Assembly: GCA_964527365.1 (NCBI GenBank)
Contig: CAZGQV010000003.1
Location: 8,668 to 72,667 of the forward strand
DNA length: 64,000 bases
DNA from: Candidatus Woesearchaeota archaeon
GTDB lineage: Archaea; Nanobdellota; Nanobdellia; Pacearchaeales; GW2011-AR1
Direction of reading: 5' to 3'
Part shown: positions 10,067 through 20,142 of the stretch, piece after piece
Layout of the letters: every line of letters begins with the position of its first letter
How positions within the stretch are numbered: the first letter of the stretch is position 1
Translations under genes and position numbers: made by a program
Notes under the pieces: model-generated
What the model saw: only the letters and a program-made list of their open reading frames with translations
What the model was told of the DNA's origin: nothing
Databases searched by the model: none

Positions 10067-10660
10067 ATGCATGAAAATTATTGCGAACAAAAAAAAATAT
10101 TGAAAATTGGTAGTCCAGCTCCAGACTTTAATGCTGAAGCGTTTCACAAAGGACAAATTAAAAAAGTTTCTTTACAAGATTATAAAGGAAAATGGACAAT
10201 TATTTTCTTTTATCCCGCTGACTTTACATTCGTTTGTCCAACCGAATTAGGAGAAATGGCAGATAGATATGAAAAATTTAAGGAATTGGGTGCTGAAATT
10301 TTAAGTGTGAGTACAGACACTGTATTCGTACATAAAGCATGGCATGACTCATCTGAAACGATTAAAAAAATCAAATTTCCAATGGTGGCTGATCCCACAC
10401 ATAAAATTTCTTGGAATTACGAGACATTGATTCCTGAAGAAGGTGTAGCCTTAAGGGGATCATTTGTAATTGACCCTGAAGGAGTTTTGAAGGCTTATGA
10501 AATTCATGATAATTCAATTGGTAGAAATGTTGATGAATTATTAAGAAAATTGGAAGCTGCAAAGTTCACATCTGAAAATGGTGGGAAAGTTTGTCCAGCA
10601 AACTGGAAACCAGGAAAAGAAACTTTAAAGCCGGGACTTGATTTGGTAGGAAAGATTTAA
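10067..10660 (+). CDS. ahpC: 2-Cys peroxiredoxin AhpC
   Basis: FYPADFTFVCPTE and VCPANW; a GGAGGT SD favours the ATG at 10067. Confidence 0.95.
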   Translation: MHENYCEQKKILKIGSPAPDFNAEAFHKGQIKKVSLQDYKGKWTIIFFYPADFTFVCPTELGEMADRYEKFKELGAEILSVSTDTVFVHKAWHDSSETIKKIKFPMVADPTHKISWNYETLIPEEGVALRGSFVIDPEGVLKAYEIHDNSIGRNVDELLRKLEAAKFTSENGGKVCPANWKPGKETLKPGLDLVGKI

Positions 10661-10711
10661 TTTAAAGAAGATAGTTATCCATCACACTGCGGGAAATAAA
10701 TTGTACCTCTT

Positions 10712-11113
10712 TTATTTTTTTATTAATCCTAATTTTTTTAATAAAACTTTATCTTTTATTGGGTGGGTATATTTTACCATTAAGTTAAGTTTAGGAACAA
10801 TTAATTCATTCCAATATAGCCCATCTCCCTTTTCTGAACTAAATTCACTCCAATTCAATCTTTCTAAATATTCAAAGCTCCCATCAGAATAGCAAATTAA
10901 AGGATAATTTTCAATATGGATATCATAATCAAATTTATTTTTAAAAGATTGTACAATTAAATTGATATTACTTTTTTGAATTTGTTCATTATCAAACAAT
11001 TCATCATTCACAACTCTTTCAAGTCTTTCAACGCCGGTCATCTCAGTTGTATGATTTTTTATTTTAACTCCAGGAAATACTTCTTCATTATTTAATCTAT
11101 ATCTTTCCACCAT
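10712..11113 (-). CDS. Hypothetical protein
   Basis: 133-aa ORF. Confidence 0.55.
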   Translation of the reverse strand: MVERYRLNNEEVFPGVKIKNHTTEMTGVERLERVVNDELFDNEQIQKSNINLIVQSFKNKFDYDIHIENYPLICYSDGSFEYLERLNWSEFSSEKGDGLYWNELIVPKLNLMVKYTHPIKDKVLLKKLGLIKK

Positions 11114-11174
11114 AAATTCTTTAAGAAATAAACTCTTATAATTTTTATAGCGACCATTGTCGTGTCTAATAATA

Positions 11175-11822
11175 TTAAAGTTCTTTGTAAATTTCTGGTA
11201 ATATTTTTCCTTCTGCTTTTTTCAAATGCGCTTGAAAAGTGGAATAAGAAATTCCCATTATTTTTGCCAAATTTTCCATTTTAATCTTTTTGGGATATTC
11301 ATAATACCCATTATTAATTGCAATTTCAACTGCCTTTTTTTGATTTTTAGTTAATTCTGGTAGTAATCTTGTAAAATTTATATTAAATAATTTTTCCTCT
11401 TTGAAAAAAATAATTTCTGCCCCCAATTTTTTTTCGGTAAACTTTAAAACTTTTTCTAAAACTTTCCTATCAAAACTAGCCAAATCCCAAAGGTGGTATC
11501 CTTCTTTGTTAATAATTGTTGGAAGTGGACGAATTATTTTAGGATTATATGCGGGCTCAGCAAATAAAGGTTGTTTAGTAATACTAATTGAAAAGTCACC
11601 TGTTTTCTCAAACTTAACTATTTCTTTACTTTTCTCTAATTCTTTAAAAAGTCCCTTTTTATCTTTTTCATTTCCAAAAACAAAACCAGCCGAAACTAAA
11701 TACAAATATTTATCATCTTTGTAGTAAGAAAGAGGATACCCCGTCATAGAAACACCATATTTAATTGCCAAACTTCCCAAAAGCTGTTTAGATGAATCTA
11801 ATTTTAATTTAAGTCTCCACAT
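11175..11822 (-). CDS. Bat-like HTH_10 transcriptional regulator
   Basis: C-terminal LTKNQKKAVEIAINNGYYEYPK...LAKIMGIS.STFQAHLKKAE. Confidence 0.85.
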   Translation of the reverse strand: MWRLKLKLDSSKQLLGSLAIKYGVSMTGYPLSYYKDDKYLYLVSAGFVFGNEKDKKGLFKELEKSKEIVKFEKTGDFSISITKQPLFAEPAYNPKIIRPLPTIINKEGYHLWDLASFDRKVLEKVLKFTEKKLGAEIIFFKEEKLFNINFTRLLPELTKNQKKAVEIAINNGYYEYPKKIKMENLAKIMGISYSTFQAHLKKAEGKILPEIYKEL

Positions 11823-11927
11823 GACAATACGACAATAATCGTGTTTAAAAAATTATGTTTTTATTATTTTTATTGTTTGATAAAATGTCTGACGTGAGCA
11901 TTTATCATTAAAGATAATCAATCATAA

Positions 11928-12302
11928 TTATGTTAATTTTTCTAAACTTTTTTTTCTCATTTTTATAATTTGTTGATGATATTTTTTGATATCTCCATTG
12001 TAATTATTTAAAAATTCATCTAAATCAAATGGAGGTTCTGATCCTCCAGGATTATTTTTATGAAATGTGCCAAGCTTATACAGTAAATCCTCTTTATTCA
12101 AATAATCAAATTTTTTTCCAAAAATATTCATAAAATTTAAAACACCAATCATCCAAATATCTAAACTATCTTTTCCTTCTCTATTATGTCTATTATAATG
12201 ATCAGAAACATGTTCTCTAAAATGTGTTATTAATTCTTTTGTACTTCTTGAATTAGCAATATCTTCACACCATTTATCATATTTAATCTCTATATCTTCC
12301 AT
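11928..12302 (-). CDS. Hypothetical protein
   Basis: 124-aa ORF. Confidence 0.55.
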   Translation of the reverse strand: MEDIEIKYDKWCEDIANSRSTKELITHFREHVSDHYNRHNREGKDSLDIWMIGVLNFMNIFGKKFDYLNKEDLLYKLGTFHKNNPGGSEPPFDLDEFLNNYNGDIKKYHQQIIKMRKKSLEKLT

Positions 12303-12530
12303 ACAAATTCCCTTATTTATTAATTTAAATAGATTATTATAAAATTTTATATATATTTGATTCCTTGAGTTCTGGGAGTGAGATAAACATATATTTCTGG
12401 ATAAAATTCAAAATTAGTTATATATTCTTTTAATGATTTTATTTTCATATAAAACCAAAATAAATTCAATTTTTAAAAGGGTTCTCACACCATCCAAATC
12501 TTTATATCTGTACATATACCAAAAAGATAC

Positions 12531-13085
12531 ATGGGTTGGAAAATAGAAAACACAAAATATTTTATTGAACAAATTATTGAACAAGAAGATAAACCCGATT
12601 CTAGAAGTTCAATAAAATATACACTCGGAGAATATTCAAGTCAAGTTCCAATTTTCGTGCCAAACGATTCTGAAAAAATAACATTATTTCCATACAAATT
12701 AGAATCTCTTAAACAAAATGTTGATGAAGAATATCCCAATGGAACAATAAATGAAATACATGTTGGAATTCGTAATGATACCGATATTTCTTATATTGTT
12801 CAATTATGGACGCCAAAAGAATTCAATGGAAAAAACATAAGAGAATATAACTTTAGGGATAACGAGCCAAGTGGATCAAATTTCGGACACATATCTGGAC
12901 CAAATTGCTCACCCAATCACGGACCAAGACTGGATAAAAAGATGATGAAGCATTTTATTGAGTTAAGTAAATTCAAACCACAAGTTGCAGGCAATTTAGA
13001 GAAATGCTTAATACATTTAACAAATTCTAGGCCAGGATATGCACAAAATCCAAATAAAGAAATCAAAGTTAGTTTGGAATTATAG
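12531..13085 (+). CDS. Hypothetical protein
   Basis: 184-aa ORF with an upstream TTTATA. Confidence 0.6.
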   Translation: MGWKIENTKYFIEQIIEQEDKPDSRSSIKYTLGEYSSQVPIFVPNDSEKITLFPYKLESLKQNVDEEYPNGTINEIHVGIRNDTDISYIVQLWTPKEFNGKNIREYNFRDNEPSGSNFGHISGPNCSPNHGPRLDKKMMKHFIELSKFKPQVAGNLEKCLIHLTNSRPGYAQNPNKEIKVSLEL

Positions 13086-13131
13086 TTATAAATTTCTAAA
13101 CATTTTTATACTTGCCAATTTTTATTCCGCT

Positions 13132-13335
13132 ATGTCAAAGAAAAATAAAATCCCTTGGCATCAGGGAACAATTAGTTATTCGCTTTTCTTTGGAATTCTA
13201 GCTATAATCTCCTTTATTGGAACCTACATTTTATACCAATTTTATGACTCTTCATTTACATTAATTTATCTTATAATGGCAATTATCTTTTTCATAATTT
13301 TCTTATATAGATTTTACTTGGAAAGAAAAAAATGA
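13132..13335 (+). CDS. Small two-TM membrane protein
   Basis: ATG at 13132 about 25 bp after TTTTTATA; two hydrophobic helices. Confidence 0.55.
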   Translation: MSKKNKIPWHQGTISYSLFFGILAIISFIGTYILYQFYDSSFTLIYLIMAIIFFIIFLYRFYLERKK

Positions 13336-13337
13336 TA

Positions 13338-13454
13338 ATGAAAAAAGAAACTAAAGAAATTTTAACAAAACAAAAGAAAGCCAGAATAATTGGTTGGATT
13401 ATCCGTGGTGTTTTAATTGTCGGAATTATTTTGTATATGATATTTAAGAATTAA
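13338..13454 (+). CDS. 38-aa single-TM peptide MKKETKEILTKQKKARIIGWIIRGVLIVGIILYMIFKN
   Basis: Manual translation; starts 2 nt after the previous stop. Confidence 0.5.
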   Translation: MKKETKEILTKQKKARIIGWIIRGVLIVGIILYMIFKN

Positions 13455-13882
13455 ATGAGCACAATAATCCTTAAAAAGAATTGTTTTATTTTAAAAATAT
13501 GGGTGGATTGTTAAAATTAAAATATGAAGTTACAAGTCAAATATCTGAAAATTCATTGATTAATGCATTATCAGTTAACAATGATTATCTAAAATATCTT
13601 GGAAAATTTAAAAAGATATCTGTAAATTATTCAAACAAAAATCCAGAGATTAATTTAGTTTTCAAACAAAACGACCATTTTCAAGGTGGAACAACAAAAC
13701 ACCGTATTTCTGAAATTCTTGAAAATAAAAGAGAAAATATTTTGGAAAATCCTCCGGAAACAGGCTTAGCTTTCATAATTAAAGATTTTGAGATGAAGTT
13801 GAAATATTCTAAAGTTAAAAAGAAGTAGTTTTATTTTCGTTATTTATTGAAATTATTTTGTATATGATATTTAAGAATTAAA
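13424..13882 (+). repeat. 32-bp exact direct repeat (13424-13455 and 13851-13882) flanking an ORFan
   Basis: aattattttgtatatgatatttaagaattaaa occurs twice. Confidence 0.85.
13499..13828 (+). CDS. Hypothetical protein
   Basis: ORF lying between the 32-bp repeats; start uncertain. Confidence 0.5.
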   Translation: MGGLLKLKYEVTSQISENSLINALSVNNDYLKYLGKFKKISVNYSNKNPEINLVFKQNDHFQGGTTKHRISEILENKRENILENPPETGLAFIIKDFEMKLKYSKVKKK

Positions 13883-13900
13883 AAAATATAACTTTTAAAC

Positions 13901-14239
13901 TTATTTACTGCCTAACAAAACCTTAACAAGCATAATAGTGGGATATTCAACATTCCCGCCAAATTCAGCATAAATAGGACCAATCTTTTCAGTTCCATGT
14001 TTTTCAAAAGCTTTCACAATATCATTGTAACCTTCAACAGAATCTTTAATATATTGGACGTCTAAAGTGGGTTCATCCACCAGTAATCTTCCAATATAAT
14101 TAACAACAGTTTGAGCAGTTAGTTCGATACCTTCGACAATCTCTTCAATCGTTTTCTTTTCAAGAATCATTGCACGAACTTTTGCTTTTCTTTCATTAGT
14201 TCTAATTTGAGTTTTAGTCAAAGGTTTTTCTTCTATCAT
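13901..14239 (-). CDS. Helicase-associated HTH (HTH_40-like) protein
   Basis: KTIEEIV...LTAQTVVNYI and IGPIYAEFGGNVEYPTI pattern; ATG at 14239 follows a TATA box. Confidence 0.55.
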   Translation of the reverse strand: MIEEKPLTKTQIRTNERKAKVRAMILEKKTIEEIVEGIELTAQTVVNYIGRLLVDEPTLDVQYIKDSVEGYNDIVKAFEKHGTEKIGPIYAEFGGNVEYPTIMLVKVLLGSK

Positions 14240-14379
14240 GATTAAGATAAAAAATTGGGAGTTTATAAAATTTATCCACAGGTAAAAAATCTCTAAGAAT
14301 ATTTGCACCCGGTGGAAATAGCTAATAAAATTCTATAACCCCACAAAAAAGCTTTAAACTCTCCCCACTTTATTTTGAT

Positions 14380-14928
14380 ATGTTAGATCAATTAATTTCA
14401 ACAAAAATAATTTCAATTCAATCTCTTACCTTAACAAAACTAATGCTAATTTTAACAAATCTTGGAGACAAATACATAATCGCACTTTTCTCAGTAATAG
14501 TTTTGATATTTCTCCTATACAAAAAACCATACCTAAAAACAGAAATCTTCCTTCTAACTCTTGGCTCTTCAGTTATTCTTTCACAAGCTCTAAAATTCAT
14601 AATACAAAAACCAAGACCAATAAATATGCTAATAGAAAAAACAACTTACAGTTTTCCAAGCGGACACGCAACACTCGCAGTTGCATTCTTCGGAATGTTA
14701 ATTTATTTATTCAAAGACAAAATCAAAAATAAAACACTAAGATACACATTCATAACAGCAAATATCTTTCTCATGATTCTAATTGGAATTACAAGAATAT
14801 ATCTAAACGTTCATTGGTTAACTGACGTCTTAGCCGGATACGCACTAGGTTTAATTTGTATTTTTGGTTCAATCTACCTAGTTAATAAAATTGGATTCTT
14901 AAAGAAAAAAAAATCTTTGATATCATAA
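14380..14928 (+). CDS. PAP2 family phosphatase
   Basis: K...KPRP, SFPSGHA, TRIYLNVHWLTDV. Confidence 0.9.
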   Translation: MLDQLISTKIISIQSLTLTKLMLILTNLGDKYIIALFSVIVLIFLLYKKPYLKTEIFLLTLGSSVILSQALKFIIQKPRPINMLIEKTTYSFPSGHATLAVAFFGMLIYLFKDKIKNKTLRYTFITANIFLMILIGITRIYLNVHWLTDVLAGYALGLICIFGSIYLVNKIGFLKKKKSLIS

Positions 14929-14974
14929 ACAATTTCTCCAAAACTACTTTAAACCCCTTACTCTTTTTTACAGA

Positions 14975-15739
14975 ATGAAACTATTATCTTGGAACGTAAA
15001 CGGAATTAGAGCATGCATAGGCCACGGCTTCTTAAATTCAATAAAACAACATAACCCAGACATTATTTGCCTTCAAGAAACAAAAGCTCATCCAGAACAA
15101 GTAGACATTCAACTAAAAGACTACGAACACCATTTCTGGAACTCGGCAGAACGTAAAGGGTATGCAGGAGTCGCAGTTTTCTCAAAAATCAAACCATTAT
15201 CCGTAAAATATGGAATAGGGAATGAAGCAGACATGGAAGGCCGAGTAATCACATTAGAATTCGAAGATTATTTCCTTGTAACTGTTTATACTCCAAACTC
15301 AAAAAGAGAATTAGAAAGATTAGATTTTCGTCATAAAGAATGGGACAAAGATTTCCTAAACCATGTAAACAAATTACCAAAACCAACCATCTTTTGTGGG
15401 GATCTAAACGTTGCACACACCGAAATGGATTTAGCAAACCCCGCGTCAAACAAAACAACTTTAACAAAACCAGGAAACTGTGGATTCACTGACAAAGAAA
15501 GAGAAGGTTTTGATAATATAATTAACGCGGGATACATTGATTCATTTAGACATTTCAACCCAGGGGAAATAAAATATTCTTGGTGGGCTTACATGTTTAA
15601 ATCTCGTGAAAGAAATGTTGGCTGGCGTATTGATTACTTTTGTGTTCCAGAAATAATAAAACACAAAATGAAATCAGCAGATATTTTGACAGAAGTTCTT
15701 GGAAGTGATCATTGTCCTGTTGTTTTGGAATTGAATTGA
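14975..15739 (+). CDS. xth: Exodeoxyribonuclease III (AP endonuclease)
   Basis: SWNVNGIR, CLQETK, GDLNVAH, GWRIDY, SDHCP. Confidence 0.95.
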   Translation: MKLLSWNVNGIRACIGHGFLNSIKQHNPDIICLQETKAHPEQVDIQLKDYEHHFWNSAERKGYAGVAVFSKIKPLSVKYGIGNEADMEGRVITLEFEDYFLVTVYTPNSKRELERLDFRHKEWDKDFLNHVNKLPKPTIFCGDLNVAHTEMDLANPASNKTTLTKPGNCGFTDKEREGFDNIINAGYIDSFRHFNPGEIKYSWWAYMFKSRERNVGWRIDYFCVPEIIKHKMKSADILTEVLGSDHCPVVLELN

Positions 15740-15797
15740 AGATATTCATAAACCTGACCACAATCAATCTTATAAATCCAAAATAATTACTAAATTT

Positions 15798-16169
15798 ATG
15801 TCCAAAAAAATTAATACATTAATAGTCGATGATGAATATGCTTGGAGATTTGATTTAAACAAATTGGCAGAAAAAGCTGGAATAACAAAAATTTCTCAAG
15901 CTTCAAGTGAAAATGAAGCAGATTACTTTATGAAAAAAAATAATTATCAATTAATGTTATTGGATACTCAATACGGAAGCACAATAATGGGGCCAAACAT
16001 TGCAAAAAAAGCTTTTGAAAATGGACAATCCCCAAAAATAATTGCACTTTCTGCAAACGCAGATAACGAAAAATTCTGGAAAAACCAAGATTTCGATTAT
16101 GAATTTTTTGACAAACAAAAATTTAATGTTGAAAACCTAAAATCAATATTAGAAGAAATGGTTAAATAA
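15798..16169 (+). CDS. Stand-alone response regulator receiver domain
   Basis: LIVDDE, LMLLD, IIALSA, FFDK. Confidence 0.75.
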   Translation: MSKKINTLIVDDEYAWRFDLNKLAEKAGITKISQASSENEADYFMKKNNYQLMLLDTQYGSTIMGPNIAKKAFENGQSPKIIALSANADNEKFWKNQDFDYEFFDKQKFNVENLKSILEEMVK

Positions 16170-16268
16170 TTTTGAATTATATTTTTTAAGTTTGATATTA
16201 TTTTATTTATCCATAAAATTGACTTGTAAAATCAAATAATTTATAACTCCTTCCCACTTTTCTAAAAT

Positions 16269-17069
16269 ATGCAAATAAAAAAGTTTTCAGGTGAATATCA
16301 AAATTTTTCTCCAAAAAAAATATACAAGTCAATCAAACAAGCAGGAGGATCTTCCAAATTAGCTAAAGAAACTCTCGACATAGTAAAAAAGAAAATCCAC
16401 AAAGACATAACAACAAAAGAAATACTAAAAATAGTTTTAAGTAATTTGGGAAAAAAACCTGGAGTTTCAGAAAAATATGATTTGAAAAGAGCAATGATGT
16501 CCCTGGGTCCAACAGGATTTCCATTTGAAAAATATTTTGCAAAAATATTACAACACTATGGTTATGAAACAAAAGTTGGAACCAAAATAAAAGGAAAAAT
16601 GATTTTGCATGAAGTCGACATAGTGGCTAATAAAAATAAAAAATTTATGATTGAATGTAAATACCACAATCAACTAGGAATAATAACAAGATTGCATCCA
16701 GCAATGTATACTTACGCAAGATTCCTTGCACTTAAACAACAAAGATTTGACCAACCTTGGTTAGTAACCAACACAAAATGTTCCCTAGATGCAAAAAGAT
16801 ATGCCAAGGGAGTAGGATTAAAAATAACTGGCTGGAGTTATCCAGAAAAAGAATCATTACAAAAATTAATCTCAGAAAAAAATCTATATCCTATAACAAT
16901 TTTAAAAGAATTAACCAACAAAACAAAAGAAATTCTATTTGAAAATAATATAATCACCTTAAAAGATTTTGAAGCATATCCCTTCCTAAATTTGACTAAA
17001 AGACTCAATATTTCAAAAAAAGAAACTACTGCATTATTAAAAGAAGTAGATGAAATATTGGCAATTTAA
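16269..17069 (+). CDS. ATP-cone plus Mrr-like restriction endonuclease domain protein
   Basis: N-terminal IKKFSGEYQNFSPKKI, GPTGFPFEKY, HEVDIVA, MIECK. Confidence 0.8.
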   Translation: MQIKKFSGEYQNFSPKKIYKSIKQAGGSSKLAKETLDIVKKKIHKDITTKEILKIVLSNLGKKPGVSEKYDLKRAMMSLGPTGFPFEKYFAKILQHYGYETKVGTKIKGKMILHEVDIVANKNKKFMIECKYHNQLGIITRLHPAMYTYARFLALKQQRFDQPWLVTNTKCSLDAKRYAKGVGLKITGWSYPEKESLQKLISEKNLYPITILKELTNKTKEILFENNIITLKDFEAYPFLNLTKRLNISKKETTALLKEVDEILAI

Positions 17070-17131
17070 AATCTGCCTTCTCAAAAAAACTTTAAAAAAA
17101 TAAAAAAATAAAAATTAAACTAAAAAAAGAT

Positions 17132-17323
17132 TTATTCTTTCTTTACTTTAACTGCTTTAAGACCTTTATCTCCAGTTTCCACTTCATATGTAACTTTATC
17201 GCCTTCACTAACTTCTACGCCTTCACCTATTTCTGACTGGTGTACGAAAACATCTTTACCATCATCTCCAGAAATAAATCCGAATCCTTTAGCATCATTG
17301 AAAAATTTTATTGTTCCTTTCAT
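17132..17323 (-). CDS. Cold-shock domain protein
   Basis: MKGTIKFFNDAKGFGFI, DVFVH; GGGAGG SD. Confidence 0.93.
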   Translation of the reverse strand: MKGTIKFFNDAKGFGFISGDDGKDVFVHQSEIGEGVEVSEGDKVTYEVETGDKGLKAVKVKKE

Positions 17324-17559
17324 TTTTTTTAACCTCCCATTTTATCTATAATTGGGATTAATAAAAATCGTTTAATATTAAATAAAAATAAATCTACAAA
17401 TAATTAATGTTTTTTACTAAAATAGTTAAAAAAAATGCCTATATAAACAATTCCTTTTTCTAAATAGCCTTCCTCAGCCGCAACCACCGCTCATTTCACA
17501 AATCCTAGAAGAAAAAAACATCAAAAAATATTTTAAAACATACTAAACTTAACAAATAT

Positions 17560-18285
17560 ATGAAACAAATAAAACAGTTGAAAATAAATAATAAATTATA
17601 TACATTTAATATTTATACAGAAAAAAGAAATTCAACAAGAGCATCAATAACAAAAACAGCAATTACAATTAGAATCCCAAAACACCTATCCAAACAAAGA
17701 CAAGAAATTGAAACTCAAAATTTAATTAATTGGGCTATTAAAAAAATTGAAATTTCTCCCCCAAAAGAAAATATAAAAAAAATTTATTCTCATTTAGATA
17801 TTTTGGTAATTTATGATGAAAAATATATTTTACACATAGAAAACAGAATTTCTGAAAAAAATTTTGCAAAAATAAATAAAAATAGAATAGAATTCAAAAT
17901 AGCTTATCACCATTCCAAAGACAAAAAACAAGAATATATAAAAAAACAATTAAAAAAATTAATTGAAAAACATCATATTGGAGAAATAACAAAACGCGTA
18001 CATAAAATAAATGACTTATGTTTCAATAAAAAAATAGAAAATGTAAAAATAAAATATTTAACCTCCAAATGGGGTCATTGCACTTCAAAAAACGAAGTTT
18101 GTCTTTCTACAAGATTACTTCTTGCACCAAAAGCTGTATTAAATTACGTAATAGTGCATGAATTGGCTCATTTAATAGAAATGAATCATTCAAAAAAATT
18201 TTGGAATATTGTTAAAGCCGTTGACAAAACATACAAAGCAAAAGAAAAATGGCTAAAGGATTACGGACATACATTAGTTATTTGA
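17560..18285 (+). CDS. YgjP/DUF45 metallopeptidase-like protein
   Basis: SKWGHC, YVIVHELAHL.EMNHSKKFW. Confidence 0.88.
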   Translation: MKQIKQLKINNKLYTFNIYTEKRNSTRASITKTAITIRIPKHLSKQRQEIETQNLINWAIKKIEISPPKENIKKIYSHLDILVIYDEKYILHIENRISEKNFAKINKNRIEFKIAYHHSKDKKQEYIKKQLKKLIEKHHIGEITKRVHKINDLCFNKKIENVKIKYLTSKWGHCTSKNEVCLSTRLLLAPKAVLNYVIVHELAHLIEMNHSKKFWNIVKAVDKTYKAKEKWLKDYGHTLVI

Positions 18286-19269
18286 AATAGTTAACTTGGC
18301 TTTTTTCATGACTTCATTCATCCTATTCAAAGTTTCTTTTGTTTCTCGGCCTTTCTTAAATTCTTTTGAATAAACTTTCCATCTTCTTTTAATTTCTTTC
18401 AAAGCAGCACGCCGACAAATAGAGTCATCAATAATACATACTTTAGCCATATTAACACCCATTTCTGTTGGAGAAGAATATTTGGAATCAATTTTCTTTA
18501 AAATTTTAAAATTATACAAATCACGATTATAATTAACAGCAATTTTTCCATATTTTTTCTGATAATATTTATCTATAACATTGAAGTCACCCAAATCCGC
18601 AGTAGCAGCCTCATAAGCCAAATTAACAGGATGATTCAAAGGGAGATTCCAAACAGGAAATGTTTCAAATTTACTGAATCCAGACTTAATTTTTTTCTTT
18701 TTCTCCAAATAAATCTGATTCAATGCTGTCGCCATTTTTGCTGAACCCCCAGAAGCTCCAGTTATAACAATAATTTTTTTTGAAACGGGAATATGTTTCT
18801 CTTTTGAATAACCTTTCAAAACATAATTAATTCCTTTCTCATAGTCTTTAATTTCATTTCTAACAAAAACAGAATAATCTTTATTTTCTAATTTTTCCTT
18901 AATTAATAAAATTCCTTTTTCTTTACTATAGCGAGTAATACAAATAAAATTAACTTTCAAACCAAATTTTTTGATATCCTTTAAATCTTTCAAAACTTGC
19001 TTAAAATAACTCAAATCAAAATCACCCAAATGTCTAGAAGAAACTAAATCTTTTGCATTCACACAATAAATAATTTCAATTTCACCTAAGCTCTTAATAA
19101 ATTCAATCTTAGATGTTTTTTTATAACCAGGTAAAACCCTTGAAGCATGCATATCATAAACAAATTTTCCCCCAATTTCTAGATATAACCGATCATAAAT
19201 ACTAAGTCGTCTAAAAACTTCCGAACTCTGAGCCTCAAAATATTTCTTAGAATCAAATCCCCTTTTCAT
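18274..19269 (-). CDS. DUF1846 family protein (short form)
   Basis: GFDSKKY, LYLEIGGK..DMHASRVLPG, KFETFPVWNLPLNHPVNLAYEAATADL, SPTEMGVN. Confidence 0.85.
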   Translation of the reverse strand: MKRGFDSKKYFEAQSSEVFRRLSIYDRLYLEIGGKFVYDMHASRVLPGYKKTSKIEFIKSLGEIEIIYCVNAKDLVSSRHLGDFDLSYFKQVLKDLKDIKKFGLKVNFICITRYSKEKGILLIKEKLENKDYSVFVRNEIKDYEKGINYVLKGYSKEKHIPVSKKIIVITGASGGSAKMATALNQIYLEKKKKIKSGFSKFETFPVWNLPLNHPVNLAYEAATADLGDFNVIDKYYQKKYGKIAVNYNRDLYNFKILKKIDSKYSSPTEMGVNMAKVCIIDDSICRRAALKEIKRRWKVYSKEFKKGRETKETLNRMNEVMKKAKLTISNN

Positions 19270-19320
19270 CTAAAAATAAAAGAATAAGAGTATATAAAAT
19301 TAAACAAAAATAAATTTCTC

Positions 19321-20091
19321 TTATCTTAATTTAAATGTTGCACTAATTCTTGCAGTAACTTCTTTCTCACCAGGTTGAATATTAGAAGCAGCTTCTTTCG
19401 CCATTCCAGCATCTTCCATTACACCCCTTCCTGAACTGGAATAAACATTCCAAGGATAATAACCAAAATCACTAACTTGAACTGAAACTAACTTTCCTGT
19501 TTTAAGTCCAAAACCTTCAGCAACTGAATCAGCTTTAATTTGTGCATCCTTTGCAGCTAACTTCATAGCTTCAGCTTTATACTGATTTTGAAGTTCTTGA
19601 CTAAGTTCAAAATTAATATAATTAATTCCAGCTCCAGCATCAACTCCAGCATCAACAATGTTCCCCAAATCATCGGATTCTTCACTATTTATCACAACCT
19701 TAACAGAATGTGTCGCCTTAAATCCATTATCTTCTCTCCCATCTTCCGTCCACTCATAATTGGGGTAAATATTGAAATTCTCAGTTATTATTTCGTCACG
19801 GTCAAATCCTTCCAAAATTAAAGCAATTAACAAATCATTCAAAATTTCTGAATTTTTATCTTTAGCTTCTGAACTAGTATTACCTTCAGTTTCAATATTG
19901 AAGTAAACACTAATTACATCAGGCATAGCATTAACAGTTGCAATACCTTCGACATTTACAGTATTTCCCGAATAAGTTGAATTTGGTGCCTTAAAAGAAA
20001 ACAAAGCAACCAGAGCTACAATTAGAATAACTCCAGAAACAATAGCAGTTATTGCAATAGCATTATTTTTACTTTTCATTTTTTCCTTCAT
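19321..20091 (-). CDS. SIMPL/DUF541 domain membrane-anchored protein
   Basis: N-terminal TM, VNVEG...PD, AGINYI.F.LS, IQPGEKEV. Confidence 0.88.
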   Translation of the reverse strand: MKEKMKSKNNAIAITAIVSGVILIVALVALFSFKAPNSTYSGNTVNVEGIATVNAMPDVISVYFNIETEGNTSSEAKDKNSEILNDLLIALILEGFDRDEIITENFNIYPNYEWTEDGREDNGFKATHSVKVVINSEESDDLGNIVDAGVDAGAGINYINFELSQELQNQYKAEAMKLAAKDAQIKADSVAEGFGLKTGKLVSVQVSDFGYYPWNVYSSSGRGVMEDAGMAKEAASNIQPGEKEVTARISATFKLR

Positions 20092-20142
20092 TATAATTTT
20101 CTCTAATTCAAATTAATTTAAATTTGTAAGAAAAATTTAAAC

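Noticed and set aside
8600..13900. Integron cassette array among the ORFans
   Set aside because: Mixed orientations, each gene has its own TATA box, and there are no RYYYAAC/GTTRRRY attC sites or integrase
14272..14280. Perfect DnaA box TTATCCACA
   Set aside because: Single copy, archaeal genome, no dnaA or box cluster; it more likely belongs to the TTATCC motif family or is chance
17466..17500. GC-rich patch upstream of csp as a possible C/D box sRNA
   Set aside because: Only a CTGA and a poor C box on the minus strand; no convincing stem
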